64,000 nt of DNA, taken from IMG/VR virus record IMGVR_UViG_3300046171_000193, positions 32,001 through 96,000 of that record; one strand, given 5' to 3'. Of the stretch, positions 58,655 to 64,000 are shown in pieces (position 1 is the first letter of the stretch; each line of letters starts with the position of its first letter). A program made the translations under genes and the position numbers. The DNA is from a virus. The notes below the pieces were generated by a model that was not told the DNA's origin, ran no database searches, and saw nothing but the letters and a program-made list of their open reading frames with translations.

Positions 58655-58735
58655 ATTAAAAATTACTTTAAAAGAAGAAGTAAATTGAAAAAAATGAAAG
58701 CGAAAGACCCATTTATTTATGAGTACTACAAATAA
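58634..58735 (+). CDS. 33-aa basic peptide MKLLWYNIKNYFKRRSKLKKMKAKDPFIYEYYK (not in ORF track)
   Basis: AGGTG RBS; similar to the 4915-5019 peptide; overlaps start of next gene. Confidence 0.65.
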   Translation: MKLLWYNIKNYFKRRSKLKKMKAKDPFIYEYYK

Positions 58736-59615
58736 CAATAATTTTTGGTTGTTCGGTGATAGTTTTACGGCCGGACAACCAGAAGATCCTCCTGCAGCTA
58801 GTTTAAGCTGGTTTAGGCAAGTTCACGCTAAAATTAATGAAACTACAAGAAAAGATATTGATCTTCATAACTTTTCGGCAACTGGCTCTTCTATAGAATA
58901 TACTTTCAAAAACATATTACAGGCAGTTCCTCATATGCAACCAGGGGATTTTGCTGTTTTTCAATTGACTCAATCCTCGCGAAGATGGTTTGTAAAAGAT
59001 CGTCCTGATTGGGGAAACATTCATATGCGTGAAGGATACAATCTTCATGATATAAAACCAATAGTGACAGCAATTGATATGTATAAAGAGCATCTACAAG
59101 ATGATCTTAATGATCAAGCTCTTTATCAAAGTTTTATTGGGTTTTGTAATTATATAGCGTCAATAAAACGCTTAAGATATGTTGTAATTCCTGGATTTCC
59201 TGAAGCTCATATTGAAGGAATCCCTGTAATGCCTCATGTAGAAGTTTCCGGAAATCTGACCAAAATATCTACTGAAGAATTTGGAAGTGATCAAGACGAG
59301 CATACCAATTTGTGGAAACAAATTATGATAGAGAAATGGCAAGGATGTGACCAAAGATTAAACCATTTAAGCCCAGAAAATCATGAACTAGTTGCATACA
59401 GAGTATACGAAACATTAATGACTGGAAAAAGGCTAGATTTAATTTCTGACTTTAAGAAAGATTGCGTAAACTTAGATAACTGGAAAGAAGTAAATAAGGG
59501 TAATATATATAGTCATGTATTATCGATAGACGAAGATGGAAATGTAAGAGATCCTGATGGAGATATCGTAAATACAATGCAAGCCTCTCATTGGTGGGAT
59601 GCAATGAAAAAATGA
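58719..59615 (+). CDS. SGNH/GDSL hydrolase-like protein
   Basis: FGDSFT block I, NFSATGSS block II, RLNHLSPENH block V-like. Confidence 0.6.
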   Translation: MSTTNNNNFWLFGDSFTAGQPEDPPAASLSWFRQVHAKINETTRKDIDLHNFSATGSSIEYTFKNILQAVPHMQPGDFAVFQLTQSSRRWFVKDRPDWGNIHMREGYNLHDIKPIVTAIDMYKEHLQDDLNDQALYQSFIGFCNYIASIKRLRYVVIPGFPEAHIEGIPVMPHVEVSGNLTKISTEEFGSDQDEHTNLWKQIMIEKWQGCDQRLNHLSPENHELVAYRVYETLMTGKRLDLISDFKKDCVNLDNWKEVNKGNIYSHVLSIDEDGNVRDPDGDIVNTMQASHWWDAMKK

Positions 59616-59646
59616 ATGAACAAGTAACTACTTTATGGAGTATACA

Positions 59647-60555
59647 ATGGATAAAGCCTTCTTCGTTAACGGCGGGGCCGGAAGAGTTCTATGTGCAATT
59701 CCTGCACTAGAAAAACATATCAAAGAAAATCCAGATGCTATTATTATAGCTGAAGCCTGGCCAGAACTTTATCTAATGAGTCCTACTCTTAGAGATAAAT
59801 CGTATGTTCCTACAACAAAAAATCTATTTGAAACTTTCTTAGCTAATCGAGAATGTATTAGCCCTGAGCCGTATAGGCTTAATGCATATTATACTCAAAA
59901 ATGTAGTATGTCTCAGGCCTTTGATATACTAATTAACGAACATGATGATATTCCAGAACCTATGGACTTAAATTTAGAGCTATCTAAAAGAGATCAGGTA
60001 TTCGGTTATAATTTTGTTGAAGATGCTAAAAACAATATGCGTAAGAAAAAGTCTATTGTTTTTCAGCCTTTTGGTTCAGGTGCTACACTTGAGGGAAGAT
60101 TTATAATTGATTCTACAGGAAGAAGCTTTGAGTTATCTGATGTTCTTTGGTTCATTGATAAACTTAAAGAAGAATATGCTATTATTATGATGAGCTCTTT
60201 TCCTATTCCAACTGATAAAGATCTAGGAATTATGATGCCTAAAGATTTGGGGCTTATTCAATGGGCAGCAATTGTAAATGCTACTGATGGATTTTTTGGT
60301 TGTGATTCTGTAGGACAACACTTTGCAAATGCTTTAAATAAGCCAGCAACCGTTGTAATTGGAGGAACTAATCCAGAAAGTATTAGTTATCCTAATAATA
60401 AAGATTTTAATATATTTGATCTTGGTGAAGGAAAAAGAAAATTCTCTCCTATGAGAGTATCTTTTGATCCATCATATGATTTAAACAATGAAGGTTTAAT
60501 GATAATGGATGATAAGAAAAAAAATGAAATACTTAATGTAGTGAAGGAATATTAA
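59647..60555 (+). CDS. GT9-family (ADP-heptose heptosyltransferase-like) glycosyltransferase
   Basis: GGAGRVLCAIPAL, IVFQPFG, FFGCDSVGQHFANALNKPATVVIGGT matching the GT9 DSxxxHxAxAxxxP motif. Confidence 0.75.
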   Translation: MDKAFFVNGGAGRVLCAIPALEKHIKENPDAIIIAEAWPELYLMSPTLRDKSYVPTTKNLFETFLANRECISPEPYRLNAYYTQKCSMSQAFDILINEHDDIPEPMDLNLELSKRDQVFGYNFVEDAKNNMRKKKSIVFQPFGSGATLEGRFIIDSTGRSFELSDVLWFIDKLKEEYAIIMMSSFPIPTDKDLGIMMPKDLGLIQWAAIVNATDGFFGCDSVGQHFANALNKPATVVIGGTNPESISYPNNKDFNIFDLGEGKRKFSPMRVSFDPSYDLNNEGLMIMDDKKKNEILNVVKEY

Positions 60556-60556
60556 G

Positions 60557-62389
60557 ATGAGTACAGGATATATTTTATCTGTTACAAGAGGACATAATGG
60601 AGGAGCTTGTCTTTTAAAAGATGGAGAAATTGTTTTTCACATAGAAGAAGAAAGGTTAACCCGTCACAAATATGATGGTGGTCCTTATGCATCTTTAATT
60701 AAAACCTTAGAATATACAAATAAGATTGATTATCTTGTTATTGCTCATACTCAGCCATTAGATCAATCTGCTTCAGTAGACTTTTCTGGTGATGACGTCT
60801 ATACAGGATTAGCAAGAAAATTAGGATTAATTGAACGACGGAGAGATACTCGCAATCACCCACAAGTGCTAGACTATTCTCACATACACCACAAGCTTCA
60901 TGCCGCTGCTGCTTTTTATAGATCGGGATGGACTGATGCAGTTGCCGTAATCGTAGATGGGGCAGGTACATTTGCAAATATGGAATTTCAAAGCGGTATG
61001 GGTCCTAGAGCAGAAATAACATATGAAATTGAAAGCATTATTGATTGTGGATATCCACATAAGTTTGCAAACTTATATAAGCATCATGGCCATGCTGCTG
61101 ATATTCCTCCAATGCTGACTCGTAATTTTCAATCTCAAGATGAGCTAGGAACTGACTCTTTTGATATGTTAGTATCTGATCGTGCAGGTATTACAAAAAC
61201 ATATGAGAGTGTTACGGAATATTGTGGATTTTCGGCGATTGAGGCTGGTAAAACTATGGGCTTAGCTCCGTATGGTAAGCCTAATCCAGATCTTCCTCCT
61301 ATGTTTGAACCTGCATATATCGACGGAGAGAATTTTTTCTTAGCAAATCGTGGTAAATTTATACCAACATATCCTAATTCTGCTATTTATGTTGGTGGAA
61401 CTAATAGGGTATCAGGTCATAATTTGCATAGACAACAAGGGCAGGATCTTACTACTTTAGAAAATAGAAGAGATGTTGCGTATCAAGTTCAGCATGAAAC
61501 ACAGGCTCAAGTGCTTAGATTAATTAAAAAAGCAGTTGATATGTCTGGAAAAACTCAAGTTGTTTTATCTGGAGGATACGGATTAAACTGTGTAGCTAAT
61601 TATGAATATTTAAAAGATTTACAAGAAAAAGGCATTGAATTATATGTTGAACCTATTTCTAGTGATGCTGGTACGTGTATTGGAGGAGCTCTTCTTTGTT
61701 ATCATTTAAATACTGCTATTACTGGAGAAGGTCGATATAAATTAACTAGAAGTTGCTATTTAGGTCCAGAACAAAAATATAACTTAGATGATGTTAAATC
61801 TCTTGTTCCTCAAGATTCAGAGATAAAAGAAAATGTTAAATATTCTGATGTAGTTGATATTATTAAAGATAATACTATTGTGACTATTTTTCAAGGAAGA
61901 TCTGAATCTGGTCCAAGGGCATTAGGTAATAGAAGTATATTATATAATCCTGCAGATCCTAATGGCAAAGATCATGTAAATCAAGTAAAACGAAGAGAAT
62001 ATTTTAGACCGTTTGCCGGTACAATTCTTGAAGAAGACGTTCATGATTGGTTTGATTTGCGAGGCATGGAATCTAGTCCACATATGATGTATGCCGTAGA
62101 TTGTAAAGAAGGTGTGGGAGAAAAAATTCCTTCAATTATCCACGTCGACGGAACTTGTAGAATTCAAACTGTAAACGAAGAACAAAATCCTCACTATTAT
62201 AATTTGATAAAAGAGTTTAAAAAACAAACTGGAATTCCAGTAATTTTTAATACATCGTTTAATTTAGGTGGAGAACCTCTTGTGGAAACATTAGAAGATG
62301 CAGTTAATACTCTGGTAAATTCAGCGATTGAACACTTATATTTACCAGAGTTAAATGTTCTAGTTACTATTGCCAATTCAGAGGATTAG
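60557..62389 (+). CDS. Carbamoyltransferase (CmcH/NodU/TobZ family)
   Basis: EEERLTRHK, HHKLHA, GKTMGLAPYG, GGYGLNCVAN, GPRALGNRS, KRREYFRPFA, HVDGTCRIQTV, NTSFN. Confidence 0.95.
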   Translation: MSTGYILSVTRGHNGGACLLKDGEIVFHIEEERLTRHKYDGGPYASLIKTLEYTNKIDYLVIAHTQPLDQSASVDFSGDDVYTGLARKLGLIERRRDTRNHPQVLDYSHIHHKLHAAAAFYRSGWTDAVAVIVDGAGTFANMEFQSGMGPRAEITYEIESIIDCGYPHKFANLYKHHGHAADIPPMLTRNFQSQDELGTDSFDMLVSDRAGITKTYESVTEYCGFSAIEAGKTMGLAPYGKPNPDLPPMFEPAYIDGENFFLANRGKFIPTYPNSAIYVGGTNRVSGHNLHRQQGQDLTTLENRRDVAYQVQHETQAQVLRLIKKAVDMSGKTQVVLSGGYGLNCVANYEYLKDLQEKGIELYVEPISSDAGTCIGGALLCYHLNTAITGEGRYKLTRSCYLGPEQKYNLDDVKSLVPQDSEIKENVKYSDVVDIIKDNTIVTIFQGRSESGPRALGNRSILYNPADPNGKDHVNQVKRREYFRPFAGTILEEDVHDWFDLRGMESSPHMMYAVDCKEGVGEKIPSIIHVDGTCRIQTVNEEQNPHYYNLIKEFKKQTGIPVIFNTSFNLGGEPLVETLEDAVNTLVNSAIEHLYLPELNVLVTIANSED

Positions 62390-63314
62390 GATCATCCATA
62401 TCTAAGTCAGATAAAAATTGAATGATTTCTGTCCAATCAAAATCACCACCTAAGGCTGCCTCTAACATTTTAGGGTTGGCCTTAGTGTAGTATTGATAAT
62501 GCGCTTTAAGATTTTCTGGCATTTCTTTTTTATATACACTAAACCCCTTATATTTTGTCATGATATTAGCTAAATGTTCAAAGCTATAGCATATTCCTGT
62601 TCCTACATTATAAATTCCAGAATATGGAAGATCTAACATTCTCCTATGTATTTCACATATATCTTTTACGTGAACAAAATCCCTAAACATTGATTTGCTA
62701 TCTTCAAATATTTCCGCTTTATTATCTCTTATCCATTTACTAACGACACTAGCTTGTTCACCCTTATGTTCTTCATGCGGGCCATACACATTAAAATATC
62801 TAAAGCCTTTAATATGGATAGGTATATTAACCCTTAACGTATCTTTTACTAATCTATCAAACATGTATTTAGACCAGGCGTATGCATTCTGAGGGTCTGG
62901 TAAACCTTCTTCATGCGTACCATCATGATCCATTGGATCAAGTATAGGGTTTCCGCCAGTTTCATAAAGTTCGTCTTGCCTTGATTTAATTTCATCTAAA
63001 GTAAAACCATTCTTTTTTCCATATACCGAAGCTGAAGATGCATATTGAAAATCTACTTTATGTTCTAGACATTGCATCAGAAGTTTATAACTAAAATTAT
63101 AATTGTGATCTAATATTAGATCGACATCAGTTTCCGTTGTACTCGAGATAGCTCCTAGATGTATAACTTCATCTATTGAATCCATAATTGTTGCATCAGG
63201 AATTGCATATGGAGTATTCCATTCTATAGTTTCTATATTATTATTATTAAAGTACTCTACTAGATTTTTTCCAATAAATCCTTCTGTACCAGTTATTAAC
63301 ACTCTTTTTTTCAT
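62367..63314 (-). CDS. hldD: ADP-L-glycero-D-manno-heptose 6-epimerase
   Basis: ITGTEGFIG, HLGAISSTTE, YASSASVYG, YAWSK, FRYFNVYGPHEEHKG.QASV, RDFVHV. Confidence 0.9.
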   Translation of the reverse strand: MKKRVLITGTEGFIGKNLVEYFNNNNIETIEWNTPYAIPDATIMDSIDEVIHLGAISSTTETDVDLILDHNYNFSYKLLMQCLEHKVDFQYASSASVYGKKNGFTLDEIKSRQDELYETGGNPILDPMDHDGTHEEGLPDPQNAYAWSKYMFDRLVKDTLRVNIPIHIKGFRYFNVYGPHEEHKGEQASVVSKWIRDNKAEIFEDSKSMFRDFVHVKDICEIHRRMLDLPYSGIYNVGTGICYSFEHLANIMTKYKGFSVYKKEMPENLKAHYQYYTKANPKMLEAALGGDFDWTEIIQFLSDLDMDDPNPLNWQ

Positions 63315-64000
63315 TGTAATACCTTTATTGATTCTATCCAGTCTTCGCCTGTAATAGTATAAGTTCCGTTATGTGATACTGCTATACCAGCTAATTTATT
63401 TGCGGTTCTTGTTGAGGCTGATATAGACATGCCAGCCTCTGTACCTAAAGCTAATCCTGCCATAAATGTATCTCCTGCACCAGTCACATCAAATACTTCT
63501 TCAACTTCTGATTCATAGTGCTCTATAGTATCTCCGACCAATAACACTCCGTCTTCTCCTAATGTAACAACTAAATGTTCTAATTCTAAATGATCTCTTG
63601 TTAGTTGCGCTTTAGCCATTAACTCCTTTGGTGTCTTACAGACTCCTACATAATCTTCAAATTCTTTTTGGTTTGGCTTTAAAAGATATGCGCCTTTATA
63701 ATTATCTAATGATAACTTAGGATCTACTAACACTTTAGCTTTAGCATTTTTTATAAATTCTAAAGGATTTTTTATAGTTCCTTTATTATAATCTGATAAT
63801 ACAATAAGTCCACTTTCTGCATTCCATAGTTTTAGTATTTTATCTTCTAATTCAGAATTTTGTATATACTCTTCATCATCTATCCGAGACATATATCGAT
63901 TATTTGACATAATTCTAGTTTTTAGAGGTATTTTATTTGTATCAAAAAATGCATGGTAAGGATTAATTGGAAACATGTCTAAATTAGAATTATCTTTATA
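63311..64000 (-). CDS. hldE: Heptose-7-phosphate kinase (HldE/RfaE domain I, PfkB family); N-terminus beyond window
   Basis: LSDYNKG, LVDPK, YKGAYLLKPNQKEF, VTLGEDG, DVTGAGDT; frame open to base 64000. Confidence 0.9.
   Translation of the reverse strand, partial: YKDNSNLDMFPINPYHAFFDTNKIPLKTRIMSNNRYMSRIDDEEYIQNSELEDKILKLWNAESGLIVLSDYNKGTIKNPLEFIKNAKAKVLVDPKLSLDNYKGAYLLKPNQKEFEDYVGVCKTPKELMAKAQLTRDHLELEHLVVTLGEDGVLLVGDTIEHYESEVEEVFDVTGAGDTFMAGLALGTEAGMSISASTRTANKLAGIAVSHNGTYTITGEDWIESIKVLQ

Noticed and set aside
1-64000. Stop-codon reassignment or selenocysteine use
   Set aside because: Core genes are full length in the standard code; TAA, TAG and TGA all end genes; both gene breaks involve frame changes, not in-frame stops
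1-64000. tRNA genes, introns, inteins, homing endonucleases, integrases
   Set aside because: Intergenic gaps are very short and none were recognised by eye; a tRNAscan/Infernal run would be needed to exclude them formally

Overview
A 64 kb segment of a large, AT-rich T4-like (Tevenvirinae/Kyanoviridae-type) myovirus genome, probably a marine phage; the host cannot be determined from this window. In order: (1) 1-9.8 kb, an accessory block read divergently from one palindromic T4 late promoter, with small membrane proteins, an SNase nuclease and an IscA/HesB Fe-S carrier leftward, and an SGNH-like protein, an unlisted 34-aa peptide, four radical SAM enzymes, two stand-alone SPASM proteins and a kinase-like protein rightward; (2) 9.8-14.1 kb, early genes behind a conserved TGTACA-N17-TAnnAT promoter, plus gp33 and gp32; (3) 14-42 kb, the tail/baseplate core (gp29, gp51, gp26, gp54, gp2, gp4, gp48, gp53, a three-part gp5, gp25, gp6, gp7, gp9, gp8, VrlC-like) with an inserted subtilase; (4) 42-58.6 kb, fibre genes interleaved with glycosyl- and methyltransferases, ending in two very Cys-rich proteins; (5) 58.6-64 kb, a sugar-modification block (second peptide copy, SGNH-like, GT9 heptosyltransferase-like, carbamoyltransferase, hldD, hldE). 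The best candidate for an undescribed system is a strong, Ser-specific Asp-Ser (DS) excess confined to outer baseplate and fibre proteins, beside a phage-encoded ADP-heptose pathway and transferases, which suggests sequon-directed virion glycosylation. Other main signals are a P2-type T-TTT-TTG -1 frameshift joining gp26 and gp51, a +1 break in a fibre gene, and two paralogous micro-ORFs. All product calls rest on motif recognition and synteny without database searches, and all counts are by hand.
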